DNA of 64,000 nucleotides from positions 10,799-74,798 of the forward strand of contig JAPOVK010000003.1 of NCBI GenBank assembly GCA_026708185.1. The letters run 5' to 3'. Of the stretch, positions 30,796 through 40,258 are shown one piece after another. The translations under genes and the position numbers were made by a program. Within the stretch, counting starts at the first letter, position 1; the number at the start of each line of letters is the position of its first letter. The DNA is from Gammaproteobacteria bacterium (GTDB taxonomy: Bacteria > Pseudomonadota > Gammaproteobacteria > Pseudomonadales > Azotimanducaceae). Below the pieces are notes generated by a model. It was not told the origin of the DNA and did not search any database. It saw only the letters and a program-made list of their open reading frames with translations.

Positions 30796-31872
30796 GTGAC
30801 CGTAACGGCTGCAACGCATGAATCTGGGGTGCGTAGCGAAGACCCACGCTGGGAGGCGGTGGTGCGACGAGATCACGCCGCCGCCGGCGAGTTCGTCTAC
30901 GGCGTAACGACGACCGGCGTCTATTGCCACCCGGGCTGCGCGGCCCGGCGCCCGCTGCGCGAGAATGTACGTTTCTACGCTTCGGGCGCAGACGCCGAGA
31001 ACGCGGGTTTCCGGCCATGCCGTCGCTGCCGTCCGCAGGAACCGCCGCTCGCAGAGCGACACGCGCGATCGGTGGCCGCCGCGTGCCGCCTAGCGGAGAC
31101 GGGGGATGAAGTTCCGACCCTCGACGCACTGGCCCGTGCCGCCGGCATGAGCCGGTTCCACTTCCACCGCGTCTTCAAGGCCACCACAGGCGTCACCCCG
31201 CGGGCCTACGCCGTCGCCTGTCGAGCGGATCGGACGCGCGAGGCGCTGCGCAAGTCGCGAACGATCACCGATGCCATCTTCGACGCCGGCTTCGCCTCCT
31301 GCGGGCCGTTCTACGCCGAGTCGATGGAGATGCTCGGGATGGCCCCCAGCACGTTTCGGAGCGGTGGCGCAGACGAGACCATTCGATTCGCCGTCGGCGA
31401 ATGTTCCTTGGGCTCGATCCTGGTGGCCGCGACGGCCAGGGGCATCTGCGCGATCCGCCTTGGCGACGATCCTGCCGGCTTGACTCGCGAGTTGGAGGGT
31501 CTCTTTCCGCGAGCCGACCTGATCGGCGGGGACAAGGTGTTCGAATCCCTGGTGGCGCGGGTCGTCGGTCTCGTCGAAAACCCGGCCTTGAGTCTCGATC
31601 TCCCGCTCGACATCCGCGGGACCGCTTTTCAGCGACGCGTCTGGCAGGCGCTTCGGGACATCCCCGCGGGCGCGACGGCCAGTTACGCCGCCATCGCCGA
31701 GCGGATCGGCTCGCCCAAAGCGGCAAGGGCGGTGGCGAACGCATGCGCGGGCAATCCGCTCGCTGTAGCGATTCCCTGCCACCGCGTAGTGCGTCGCGAT
31801 GGCGCGCTCGGCGGCTACCGCTGGGGCGTGGAACGCAAGCGGGCTCTCCTCGCCCGCGAGGCGTCCCGTTGA
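30796..31872 (+). CDS. ada: Bifunctional Ada: methylphosphotriester-DNA / O6-methylguanine-DNA methyltransferase with AraC-type HTH
   Basis: Ada Zn motif (YCHPGCAARRP...FRPCRRCRP), AraC HTH (LARAAGMSRFHFHRVFK) and MGMT active site AIPCHRVV. GTG start at 30796 with GGAGAG upstream. Confidence 0.88.
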   Translation: MTVTAATHESGVRSEDPRWEAVVRRDHAAAGEFVYGVTTTGVYCHPGCAARRPLRENVRFYASGADAENAGFRPCRRCRPQEPPLAERHARSVAAACRLAETGDEVPTLDALARAAGMSRFHFHRVFKATTGVTPRAYAVACRADRTREALRKSRTITDAIFDAGFASCGPFYAESMEMLGMAPSTFRSGGADETIRFAVGECSLGSILVAATARGICAIRLGDDPAGLTRELEGLFPRADLIGGDKVFESLVARVVGLVENPALSLDLPLDIRGTAFQRRVWQALRDIPAGATASYAAIAERIGSPKAARAVANACAGNPLAVAIPCHRVVRRDGALGGYRWGVERKRALLAREASR

Positions 31873-31939
31873 GCTCCGGGCTGGCGCTTTGCTGTGCCAG
31901 CACTTACGCTTGACCGCTTTTTCCAAGGGGTACCTTTCC

Positions 31940-32689
31940 ATGCATCGCACCAAGGACAAGCTGAAGGCCGGCGAGACGGTTGTCGGAACCACTGCGGGCG
32001 CAACCAGCGACGTGCGTTTCCTGGCGGGCGCGGGTTTCGACTTCGTGCTCTTCGACACCCAGCACTCGACCGATGACATCAAGGGCCTCGCGCGCGCCGT
32101 GGGCGGCACGCGGGGTACAGAGGCAAGCCCGATCGTCCGGGTCGGCGACCTGCGCCCGGATCAGATCTGCTACGCGCTCGATATCGGGGCCAAGGGCATC
32201 GTGGTCCCCATGGTGAACAACAAGGCGGAAGCCGAGGCCATGGTGAACTGGTGCAAGTACCCGTTCGCCGGGGCGCGGAGTTCCGCAGGCATGCGCGGCG
32301 AGTGGGGCGAGTTTTCGAACTACCGCGAGTACATGGACGCCGTCAATGACCAGCTCCTGATCATTCCGATGATCGAGACCCAGGAAGCCTTGGACGGCAT
32401 CGAGGACATCTTGAGCGTCGACGGCATCGACGTGCTGCTGGTCGGGCCGTCCGACCTGTCGATCAACATCGACGTGCCGCTCGACTACACGAATCCGAAG
32501 TACCACGCCGCACTCGACAAGATCGCAGCCGCGTGCAAGGACGTCGGCGTGGCACCGGGCATGTTCTTCGTGCCGCCCGGGATCCCGCCGGGGGAGTTGA
32601 TGGCGAAGGGCTTCCGCTTCTTCACGCTGCCGTGGGCCGGCTGGGCGACCGAGGGCATCGAGAGCGGCCTGGCATCGGTGCGGGGCTAG
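31940..32689 (+). CDS. HpcH/HpaI-family aldolase
   Basis: ...FDFVLFDTQHS..., ...VVPMVNNKAEAE..., ...IPMIETQEAL... and ...LLVGPSDLS... are typical family blocks. Confidence 0.83.
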   Translation: MHRTKDKLKAGETVVGTTAGATSDVRFLAGAGFDFVLFDTQHSTDDIKGLARAVGGTRGTEASPIVRVGDLRPDQICYALDIGAKGIVVPMVNNKAEAEAMVNWCKYPFAGARSSAGMRGEWGEFSNYREYMDAVNDQLLIIPMIETQEALDGIEDILSVDGIDVLLVGPSDLSINIDVPLDYTNPKYHAALDKIAAACKDVGVAPGMFFVPPGIPPGELMAKGFRFFTLPWAGWATEGIESGLASVRG

Positions 32690-32699
32690 GCGACCCGCC

Positions 32700-33191
32700 C
32701 TATTCGCGTAGCGAAATCGGTTGCGCGGGCGGTCCGCTGGCGACGAGGTGCGCGACCAGGCGCGGTAAAGCCCTCGGCGCGAACTGGTCGCCGGTTGCAG
32801 CCTGTAGAGCCGGCAACGTCCACCAGCGGAATTCGTGGAAGATGCCGACTTCGCTCTGTTCCGGGTTGTGACGCGCCGTCGGCTCGAATCGCCGAGCGCG
32901 CACGAGGTAGATGGCCTCGTGCTGCTCGGTGACGTCCACATGCTCGTCCAAGCCGCGACCGAATCGGTGTACACGCCGCCACAGCAAACGGGGCTCGCCG
33001 GGTAGCTTCAAGCCCGTTTCCTCCCACACCTCGCGGCGGAGCGCCTCGAGTCGCTCCTCCTCGGGCTTGATCCCGCCGCCGGGTAGCAGCCAGAAGTCGC
33101 CCGAGCGATCCGGGCGCTGCATACGCAGGAGCAGCACGCACGCCTCGTCCTCCGACAAGATTAGTGCGCGTACGGCTTGTCGACATCGCAT
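32700..33191 (-). CDS. Nudix hydrolase
   Basis: Nudix box LPGGGIKPEEERLEALRREVWEETGL. I prefer the start at Met 33191. Confidence 0.85.
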   Translation of the reverse strand: MRCRQAVRALILSEDEACVLLLRMQRPDRSGDFWLLPGGGIKPEEERLEALRREVWEETGLKLPGEPRLLWRRVHRFGRGLDEHVDVTEQHEAIYLVRARRFEPTARHNPEQSEVGIFHEFRWWTLPALQAATGDQFAPRALPRLVAHLVASGPPAQPISLRE

Positions 33192-33363
33192 GGCGGCTCG
33201 TGACGGCGGAACGCAACCGAAGGACGCGCAGTATCGCGCAACGGGTATCGCAGCGGTTTCGTCGCCTTGGTGTAATCTCCAGGGCAAAGCGCTCCGCCCG
33301 CGGAGCGAAAAAAGCCGGCACCCCGGAGCCCAAAGGCCAACCGGGGTGCCGGAGGCCGCCCCT

Positions 33364-34014
33364 TCAATCCTCGAGTTCGAAATGAATCCTCAGCAACATG
33401 CCCGGCGTCGCCGTAGGCACGCCAGCGACGATCTGCGGGCGATATCGGTAGCGCATGACCGCGCGCAACGCCGCTGCGTCGAAGACCCCCGGCGGATCCG
33501 CATCGACCACCACGGGATCGGCCACGACCCCCGACGCCGCGATCGTGAACGACACCAGCACCCAACCTTCGACCCCACGCGCCAACGCGCGCTGCGGGTA
33601 CTCGGGGGCCGGGGTGAGGAATGGGATCGGCATCCGGGCATCGCTCACGGCTCGGCCGACTCTTTCGACGACCGGTACGACGCGATCGAATGTCGTCGGG
33701 TCGCCATCTTCCCCGAACTCGATGTGGTCGGGGATTGGCCGCCGCGGTTCGATCAGCACACGCGGCCGCTCCACTCTCTTTTTGCGAGGCGGTGGCTCCG
33801 GATCGTCCACGGTCCGCGAGAACACCAGCTTCTGCGCTACCGGGCCTTCCTGGTAAGCGGCGTCCGTGGTCGCGACGAAATGGCGCATCAGGAGCAACAG
33901 CCCCGCAGTGATCACCGCCGAAAACAAGCAAGAGAGCAAGGCTGCGCGTGTGCGGCGGAGCGCCTCCGGTCGCACCAGCCCTGCCACCGTGTCGATCTTC
34001 TGTCCTAAATCCAT
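33364..34014 (-). CDS. TonB-family energy transducer
   Basis: N-terminal TM helix, a Pro-rich spacer (DDPEPPPRKKRVERPRVLIEPRRPIP) and a TonB_C block (PEYPQRALARGVEGWVLVSFTI...G). Confidence 0.8.
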   Translation of the reverse strand: MDLGQKIDTVAGLVRPEALRRTRAALLSCLFSAVITAGLLLLMRHFVATTDAAYQEGPVAQKLVFSRTVDDPEPPPRKKRVERPRVLIEPRRPIPDHIEFGEDGDPTTFDRVVPVVERVGRAVSDARMPIPFLTPAPEYPQRALARGVEGWVLVSFTIAASGVVADPVVVDADPPGVFDAAALRAVMRYRYRPQIVAGVPTATPGMLLRIHFELED

Positions 34015-35342
34015 CAGTGTTCCTCCCCGTCAGAGGGCGCCGAGTCCGGCAACACGAAATCGAAACGTCGGATCAGGTGCCGTGGCGGGGTTCCGCCGTT
34101 CGACACCGCGATCGCTCGAGGCGCTGCATGCGCGTACTCCCGCCGCGCGACCGCTCGGAGCACGACGTCCTCGAAGACCCCCGCCGGTTCGCTGGCAATG
34201 ACGGACGGCCGCACCACGCGACCGTCCCCGGTCAGCCGGTATTCGACGACCACGAACCCTTCGATGGCGTCGGCGAGGGCATGCCCGGGGTAGATTGGCT
34301 GACGCGCCTCCCTAGGTCGCAGGTCTCCACCCGCCAGCGCACGTTCCCGCACTTCGGGGAGCTTGAGCTCCGGTGGCCCGAGCACCACGCGTCGTGCGTT
34401 CGCGGGCATCGACGACCAAGCCGATGCCCGTTCGCTTGCCTCGAACTCCACGCTCGTCAACAGCAAGGTCGCCCCCAGCACCGTGACGAGTCCCCAATAC
34501 ACGCGACCCACGTCGAGCTGATGCTCGCGGATGCCAAGGAAACGCTGGAAGCGCGTCACCACTGCCGAGCCGCTCAAGCGGGCGACCACGGCCGGAGGCT
34601 CGGGTTCGTCCCGCACCGCGCACAAGACGCCGTCGAGGTAGTGCGCGCAACTCGGCAGACACTCAGCGGCCCGGTCGTCGCAGCTCTGCTCCATGGCCTC
34701 GATGAACTGCCGGCGCAATAGACCGAGCCAGGGGGCGAACCAATACCAGTGCAGCACGAGGCTCAAGGCCAAGACGGCCAGGTCGTCGCGACGGCTCAAA
34801 TGTACGAACTCGTGCGCGAGCACCGCGCGCAGCGTGCCGATGCGCCAGGTTTCCGCCTCCGTCGGCAGGACGATGCGGTCGCCGGCGAGGCTGGACGAGC
34901 ACGCTTCGTCGCCGAAATGCAGGCGGAACGGCCGCGAAAACCCAAGTTCCCGGGCCACCGTCGCCGCCTCGCGTGCGATGCTCGCATCATCGATCAACGG
35001 CAGCGCTTTCAAGCGTTGGCGCGAGCCTCGCGCCCGCGCAATCGCACGCGCGTTGAGTGCCACCGCAACGCCGGACCAAGCGGCGAGCAGCCAGAGCGGC
35101 ACGGGCACGGCGCCCGCCAGGCTCAACGCCGCGAGGCTGCCGAACGGCGCCGTCCAGTACCAGCCGCTGCTGACGGCAAGAACAAGTGGCAGGGCGATCA
35201 GCAGTCCTCCGGCCAACAAGGCGTAGGCGCGACGCGTCACCGCGTTGCGTCGAAACGCAGTAAGCGCGATGCACGTCAACAGCGCCGAGCACAGCGCAAG
35301 CTGCACTAGGAAGCGCGCCTCGATGTGCAGGACGTCCGTCAC
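34014..35342 (-). CDS. M56 (BlaR1/MecR1-like) membrane metalloprotease-sensor with C-terminal TonB_C-like domain
   Basis: Zn motif LAHEFVHLSRRD (HExxH) in a polytopic N-terminal half. The C-terminus PIYPGHALADAIEGFVVVEYRLTGDGRV is TonB_C-like. Overlaps blaI-like (35339-35342) and tonB (1 nt). Confidence 0.8.
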   Translation of the reverse strand: MTDVLHIEARFLVQLALCSALLTCIALTAFRRNAVTRRAYALLAGGLLIALPLVLAVSSGWYWTAPFGSLAALSLAGAVPVPLWLLAAWSGVAVALNARAIARARGSRQRLKALPLIDDASIAREAATVARELGFSRPFRLHFGDEACSSSLAGDRIVLPTEAETWRIGTLRAVLAHEFVHLSRRDDLAVLALSLVLHWYWFAPWLGLLRRQFIEAMEQSCDDRAAECLPSCAHYLDGVLCAVRDEPEPPAVVARLSGSAVVTRFQRFLGIREHQLDVGRVYWGLVTVLGATLLLTSVEFEASERASAWSSMPANARRVVLGPPELKLPEVRERALAGGDLRPREARQPIYPGHALADAIEGFVVVEYRLTGDGRVVRPSVIASEPAGVFEDVVLRAVARREYAHAAPRAIAVSNGGTPPRHLIRRFDFVLPDSAPSDGEEH

Positions 35343-35746
35343 GGCGCGTCGGTCGCCTTGAACTTGGCGAGCACGGCCTCGATGGACGCCAGCTCGCCGT
35401 CTGACAACTCGCGCTTCGAACCGAGGAGGCCGACGACCGCCGCAGCGGTCGACCCGCCGTAGAAGGTCTCCACGACCCGGTTGAGCGCGCTTCGCCGCGC
35501 CTTGGCCCGGGCCAGCACCGGGCGGTACACGTAACGGCCGCGATCGTCGCGGTAGGCGACGTGGCCCTTGTCGAGGAGCTTGCGGAGCAGGGCTCGCACC
35601 GCGGAGTAGCTCGGCGCGTCCGGAAGTGCATCCTGCACCGCGCCGACCGCCGCCTCGCCATTTTCGTAAAGTACATCCATGATCTGACGCTCCCGGCGCG
35701 TCAGGTGCACGTGATCGTCCCGAGTCATCGCAATTGCTGTTTTCAT
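35339..35746 (-). CDS. BlaI/MecI/CopY-family transcriptional repressor
   Basis: LTRRERQIMDVLYENGEAAVGAVQDALPDAPSYSAVRALLRKLLDKGHVAYR is a winged helix of the penicillinase-repressor family. Alternative start at Met 35728. Confidence 0.85.
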   Translation of the reverse strand: MKTAIAMTRDDHVHLTRRERQIMDVLYENGEAAVGAVQDALPDAPSYSAVRALLRKLLDKGHVAYRDDRGRYVYRPVLARAKARRSALNRVVETFYGGSTAAAVVGLLGSKRELSDGELASIEAVLAKFKATDAP

Positions 35747-35779
35747 AGCACTTAGGTGCTAGTTATTTAGCACTTAAGT
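35746..35779. promoter_or_regulatory. Putative BlaI-family operator: two copies of TAGCACTTA(G/A)GT, each palindromic
   Basis: TAGCACTTAGGTGCTA (35746-35761) has 6-bp arms TAGCAC/GTGCTA. TAGCACTTAAGT (35768-35779) contains the perfect palindrome ACTTAAGT. The copies are 22 nt apart, at and just upstream of the repressor start. Confidence 0.5.
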
Positions 35780-35850
35780 CAGTCCGGGTGGAAGCGCGTT
35801 CTTAGACCGTTTCGTCATAAGCAAGCGGTTTCTTATGCAGTTGGGTCGCT

Positions 35851-37059
35851 TCAATCAATAGCTACGGGCTGGCCTACGGTCTCCTGCCAGAGGTCCTTGA
35901 GCGCCGCGCGGAGCGTCACGTACTGGGTGTCCAACGCACCTTTCAACGTGATCGTGCGGTTCTCCAGGCGGAGCGTATGCGGCACGATTTCCGCCTCCGC
36001 CGACTCGCCCAACTCACGCAGGACGTCGGCATAGGCTTCTGCCGCAGCATCGTCGTGCATCGCCCCGATCAAGAGGGACGCGCCGACCGCCAGCCTCTGT
36101 TCCTGCGGCTCCGGATCCTCACCCTGCAAGCCCACGGTGATGCTATCAATCAAAGCCGCCGAACCGGCCAGCGTCCGGGCACGGGCTTCCTGCGCCAGGC
36201 GACGGTGGGTGAGCTTGGTCTGGTACGTGGCGCGTCGCCAGTGCCGATACGGCAGGAACATGGCCCTGTTGAAGTCGGCGAAATACTCGTCAAGCGTGTC
36301 CAGGAAGAGGTGCTCGCGGCTACGTATCTGGCGCACCCGGGCAAGCAGCGGGTCATTCACGGCAGGCAGGCGTCGCAGGTCGAACGCGCCATCGGGTTCC
36401 TCGACCACGTAGTCCGCGAACGCATCCGGGGCAAGGCCCTGCGCGAAACGCATCTCGGCGATCGTGCGGATCTGTGCCAGTTCGGAGTCCGGGAGTCGGT
36501 GCAGCCAGTCGCGCATGTCGCTAGCGACCTGGCCGTAGATCTCCTCGAACGGATCCCCTTCGGGCCGTAGGGCCGCGTAGGTTTCGGCACTGGCCAACAC
36601 CTCGTAGCGCGTCTCGAACCACAACACGCCGCGCGCATCGGTCACTCGCACCCCTAGTGCCAACACCTCCCCGTCCGAATCCTCGATCGCCGCCTCGACG
36701 ACCACGTCGCTCGTCACGCCGTGCGGGGTCACCCGCACCGCGGCCCAGTCGCCGCGAGAGTTCAACTCCTCCTTCAACAGGTAGGCCTGGTAGTTGCCCT
36801 CGGCCCGGCGCACTTCGGGACGCGCGATCGGGTCGTTCTCGGTGTCGAAGTCCGGCGCGATGTTGGCTGCGAATACGCCGACGCCGACGTCCAAGAGGAG
36901 GTGCTCCGGTATCGGCTCCGCCGACGACCGCGTGAACGGCTCGGGTTCTTGTTTGCGAGGGGCAAGCCCCTCGCGCTCCCCGGCTGAGGGCTCCGGCTCC
37001 ACGACCGGCGCGGTGGTCGCGCAGCCGCCCACCAGCAAGGCCGCGACAACACCTCTCAC
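35851..37059 (-). CDS. Hypothetical lipoprotein
   Basis: GTG start 37059 gives VRGVVAALLVGGCATTAP (lipobox). GTGA overlap with the stop of paralog A. The remainder of track ORF 35851..37596 overlaps paralog A out of frame. No family recognised. Confidence 0.5.
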   Translation of the reverse strand: MRGVVAALLVGGCATTAPVVEPEPSAGEREGLAPRKQEPEPFTRSSAEPIPEHLLLDVGVGVFAANIAPDFDTENDPIARPEVRRAEGNYQAYLLKEELNSRGDWAAVRVTPHGVTSDVVVEAAIEDSDGEVLALGVRVTDARGVLWFETRYEVLASAETYAALRPEGDPFEEIYGQVASDMRDWLHRLPDSELAQIRTIAEMRFAQGLAPDAFADYVVEEPDGAFDLRRLPAVNDPLLARVRQIRSREHLFLDTLDEYFADFNRAMFLPYRHWRRATYQTKLTHRRLAQEARARTLAGSAALIDSITVGLQGEDPEPQEQRLAVGASLLIGAMHDDAAAEAYADVLRELGESAEAEIVPHTLRLENRTITLKGALDTQYVTLRAALKDLWQETVGQPVAID

Positions 37060-37991
37060 GGCGAGACTCCGCTGGTCGGCACCGCTTCCTCCCCCGCGGC
37101 TTGGCGCAGCGTGTCGGCAAGATCGGGTCTCACCAGATCCTTCAACAACCCAATCGCCCGCTCCCGGTCGTTGCGCGCGAAATATACCGGGGCCCACCAC
37201 TGCTCTTCGATGATGAGGCCCTGTTTCGCGGCTTCTTCGGCTGCGGCCGCCAGACGCGACAAGGCCGCGTCGAAATCGTACTCCAGGTCCGCGATCGGAT
37301 CCTCGAGCGTCGCCATCTCCTCGATGATGCGGTTCATCGCGAGGTAGGGACCTACGCCGACGTCGTCGAGGACCGCGATGCCGATGCGCACGTACATGAG
37401 CGCGGCCTCGTAGTCGCCGATCTCGAAGTGCGCGCTGATGAGCCGGTTGAGGGCGACCGACGTATAGCCTATCGGCAGGTAGGGACCTAGCCGCAGTGTC
37501 TCCTTGTAGGCGGCCGCTGCAGTCGCAAAGTCGCCGGTGGCGATGCGCTTGTCGGCCAGTTCCTCGAGCAGGCGGACGATCGTCCTCGTCTGCCAATGGC
37601 TGTGCTTGCGGGCTAACCGAACCGTGTAGCGAAGCGACTCGAGCGCTTCTTCGTGGTCCCCGACCGCCAACCTACGCGCCGCTCGCATGATCCGGTGGGA
37701 CACCGTAGGGCTACCGAACTGCTGGAGCCGTGCCTTGCGCAAACCACGGTCGTCCCAGAGACGCTTGGACAGCCTGTCGATCATGCTGCCTTCCATCATC
37801 TCTCTGGGCGACCAGTTGGAGTCGTCCTTCACCGTGGGCGCCGCTGCGGCCACGTGCGCGATGCAAGGTACCAGTCCGACCAACACCACCGACTGCCACC
37901 AGCGCGAAACCGAACCGGCCCGGCCAAACAACACGCAACAACCCCGAGAAAAGCGTGCTAGGTTTTTAGCATTGCAGCCGTCGTTGGGCAA
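37056..37991 (-). CDS. Secreted TPR-like protein, paralog A of a local five-member family
   Basis: Shares ...LWDDRGLRKAR..., ...HFEIGDYEAALMYVRIGIAVLDDVGVGPYLAMNRIIEEM..., and ...EEQWWAPVYFARNDRERAIGLLKDL... with ORFs 39257, 41159, 41791 and 42753. N-terminal start uncertain. Confidence 0.6.
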   Translation of the reverse strand: MPNDGCNAKNLARFSRGCCVLFGRAGSVSRWWQSVVLVGLVPCIAHVAAAAPTVKDDSNWSPREMMEGSMIDRLSKRLWDDRGLRKARLQQFGSPTVSHRIMRAARRLAVGDHEEALESLRYTVRLARKHSHWQTRTIVRLLEELADKRIATGDFATAAAAYKETLRLGPYLPIGYTSVALNRLISAHFEIGDYEAALMYVRIGIAVLDDVGVGPYLAMNRIIEEMATLEDPIADLEYDFDAALSRLAAAAEEAAKQGLIIEEQWWAPVYFARNDRERAIGLLKDLVRPDLADTLRQAAGEEAVPTSGVSP

Positions 37992-38054
37992 GGGGGCGCG
38001 CTCAACCGTGGATCGGCCCTTACTGACCAGCTCGTCGCTTAGTGTTGCTGTCGG

Positions 38055-39146
38055 CTAAGGGCCCTGACCGGGCATGCCAACCACTCTCCTGAGACGCTCG
38101 GAGAATGCGCGGGTGTCGGCGAAATAGCTCGGATAGGCGTCCCGCAGGGCGTCCACCGACGCGACTCGGACGAGCACGGTGTCGGTTCCGGGGAAGTGGT
38201 CGGTCGCAGCCTCGACATCCTCGAATGCCCGCACCGCCTCCTCGCGCTCGTCGGCTGCGTATTCGTTCCAGCGCACGCGGGCCGTACCGTCGGGAACCGA
38301 CTCGACGACGATATGGAAATATTCGGCGCGCCCGTTGCGGACATGGCCCTCCAGCACACGCAGGGTCTCGCGGTACCGTTCTAGCCGAGGCAAGGCGTCG
38401 ACAGCGTGGGCGAGTGTCGCTAGTTCGTCCTGCAGGGCTCTCGTCTCGACGGGCGTTTCGGGGACAGTGGGCAGTGTCTCGGCACACGCGATCTCGGTGC
38501 CCATCAGCGCGAAGAGGCGCAGCCAATGCGCGTCGCCGACGCTCGATTTCAGCGCCTGTCCAGAGAAAATCGCCACAGTCTCCACGGTCGTCGCCCAGAT
38601 GTGCTGGAGCCGGGAACGCAATTGGATTTCAACTCGCATCCCGTCGTAGACGGATTCGTCCTCTTCGCTGGCATGGAACCGGCTCACCAGGTGGACGCCT
38701 CGATACCCGCTGGCCTTGGGCCGTGCGATGTAGTCGTCGATGTGCGCAATCGCGTGAACCGGCGGTCGGCTCCGGTAGGCCTCGGCCGCGGCGAGAGCGT
38801 CCCGTGCCGTCGGCAGCACGGCGCGACACCCGCCGATGTCCTGCATCCGCGCCAGTTTCATGGCGCGGAAACGGCGCAACTTCGCTTCCGTGGAGGGTAG
38901 CCGCTTCAAACGTTGCGCCACCCAAGCGTCTTTGGGAACACGTTCCTGCAACTCTCTACGCACGCGTTCCAAGGGGAGGCTGTGCGCAGCGCGCCAATCG
39001 TTGAGGACCATTCTGGCCTGCCGCCGGTCGTCCAGCGAGGCGGATGAGGCGATCAGCGCATTGCCTGCGGCATTAACCTCTGCACGCGAATACGCCGGTT
39101 TGGGCCAGGATGTACTGGATTCACTGGGCACGTTGCCTCGCGCCAT
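38055..39146 (-). CDS. Stand-alone RelA/SpoT-domain (small alarmone synthetase / toxSAS-like) protein with ~150-aa C-terminal extension
   Basis: RLKRLPSTEAKLRR..., MQDIGGCRAV, ARPKASGYRGVHLV and VEIQLRSRLQHIWATTVE are nucleotidyltransferase blocks of the RelA_SpoT synthetase fold. No hydrolase (HD) domain is present. Confidence 0.8.
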   Translation of the reverse strand: MARGNVPSESSTSWPKPAYSRAEVNAAGNALIASSASLDDRRQARMVLNDWRAAHSLPLERVRRELQERVPKDAWVAQRLKRLPSTEAKLRRFRAMKLARMQDIGGCRAVLPTARDALAAAEAYRSRPPVHAIAHIDDYIARPKASGYRGVHLVSRFHASEEDESVYDGMRVEIQLRSRLQHIWATTVETVAIFSGQALKSSVGDAHWLRLFALMGTEIACAETLPTVPETPVETRALQDELATLAHAVDALPRLERYRETLRVLEGHVRNGRAEYFHIVVESVPDGTARVRWNEYAADEREEAVRAFEDVEAATDHFPGTDTVLVRVASVDALRDAYPSYFADTRAFSERLRRVVGMPGQGP

Positions 39147-39256
39147 GCGTGGCGTGAGGCAATTTTAGCGCGTCGGCCACCGCGAACGGCGGCACATCGG
39201 TTGGGGCCGGATTGGGTTGAGCTATGGTTACGGGGCGGCGAGCACGCGCGTGGAAA

Positions 39257-40258
39257 TCACGGCGAGAGAGTCTGCGCCGGTACTGGCGACTCCGCGGCCG
39301 CCTCGCGAAGGGCATCCCCGAGCTCGGGACGCAACAGGTCCTTTAGCAGCGTGATGGCACGCTCACGATCATGCCGAGCGAAGTACACCGGCGCCCACCA
39401 CTGGTCCTCGATGACAAGACCCTGGGCTTGTGCTTTCGCCGCCGCCGCTTCCAGCCGCGCCATGGCCGCGTCGAAGTCGTACTCGAGGTCTGCGATCGGA
39501 TCCTCCAAGGCCGACATTTCCTGGATGATGCGGTTCATCGCCAGGTACGGGTCAACGCCGACGTTGTCGAGCACGGCAATGCCGATGCGGACGTACATGA
39601 GCGCGGTCTCGTAGTCACCCAGGTCGAAGTGCGTATTGATCAACTGGTTGAGGGTCGTCGCCGTATAGCCCGTCGGCAGGTAGCGGCCGAGCTGGAGCAT
39701 CTCGCGATACACCAGCGCGGCACTGGCGAAATCTCCCCTCGCGATGTGTCTGTCCGCCAGTTGGCCCAATACCTGGTGCGTCATCAACGTTTGCTGGTGA
39801 TTGTGAGTCCGCGCTTGACGCACCGCACCCCGTAGCCAATCGAGAGCCTCGCGATCGTCACCTTCCGCCATCGCCCGCATGGCGCGTTCGACACGCTGGA
39901 ACACGGCCGTACTTCCCGCCCGCTGCACGCGCGCCTTGCGCAAACCGCGATCCTCCCAAAGGCGCCTGGACAAGCCTTCGATGATGCTCTGCTCCTCTAC
40001 AGCGGGTTGCGGCGGCATGTCCGGCTCTTCCTCGGGAGCCTCGCCGGAGCGTTCGGTCGGTCTCCAGGGTGGCAGTTGCGGAGCCACCGCAGGGCCCGCC
40101 ATTGCCGCCAACGGCAATGGTCGCTCGCCGAGGTGGACACCGGCGACCGCCATTGATACGCAGGCGACCAGTACCGCTTTTCGGCACCGGCCGCCCCCGG
40201 TCTTCGAGTCCATCAGTGCTGCATTCCGCTCGGCCAAGGTCCCCTCCCACGTGTTCAT
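39257..40258 (-). CDS. Secreted TPR-like protein, paralog B
   Basis: ...LWEDRGLRKARVQ..., HFDLGDYETALMYVRIGIAVLDNVGVDPYLAMNRIIQEM, EDQWWAPVYFARHDRERAITLLKDL. Start uncertain (40258 or 40213). The track ORF runs to 40426, overlapping the divergent Sel1 gene. Confidence 0.6.
   Translation of the reverse strand: MNTWEGTLAERNAALMDSKTGGGRCRKAVLVACVSMAVAGVHLGERPLPLAAMAGPAVAPQLPPWRPTERSGEAPEEEPDMPPQPAVEEQSIIEGLSRRLWEDRGLRKARVQRAGSTAVFQRVERAMRAMAEGDDREALDWLRGAVRQARTHNHQQTLMTHQVLGQLADRHIARGDFASAALVYREMLQLGRYLPTGYTATTLNQLINTHFDLGDYETALMYVRIGIAVLDNVGVDPYLAMNRIIQEMSALEDPIADLEYDFDAAMARLEAAAAKAQAQGLVIEDQWWAPVYFARHDRERAITLLKDLLRPELGDALREAAAESPVPAQTLSP

Noticed and set aside
39121-39315. 64-aa minus-strand ORF bridging paralog B and the RelA/SpoT gene, considered as a possible toxSAS antitoxin.
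   Set aside because: It overlaps the ends of both neighbouring genes and has a highly Arg/Pro-rich composition. There is no independent start signal.
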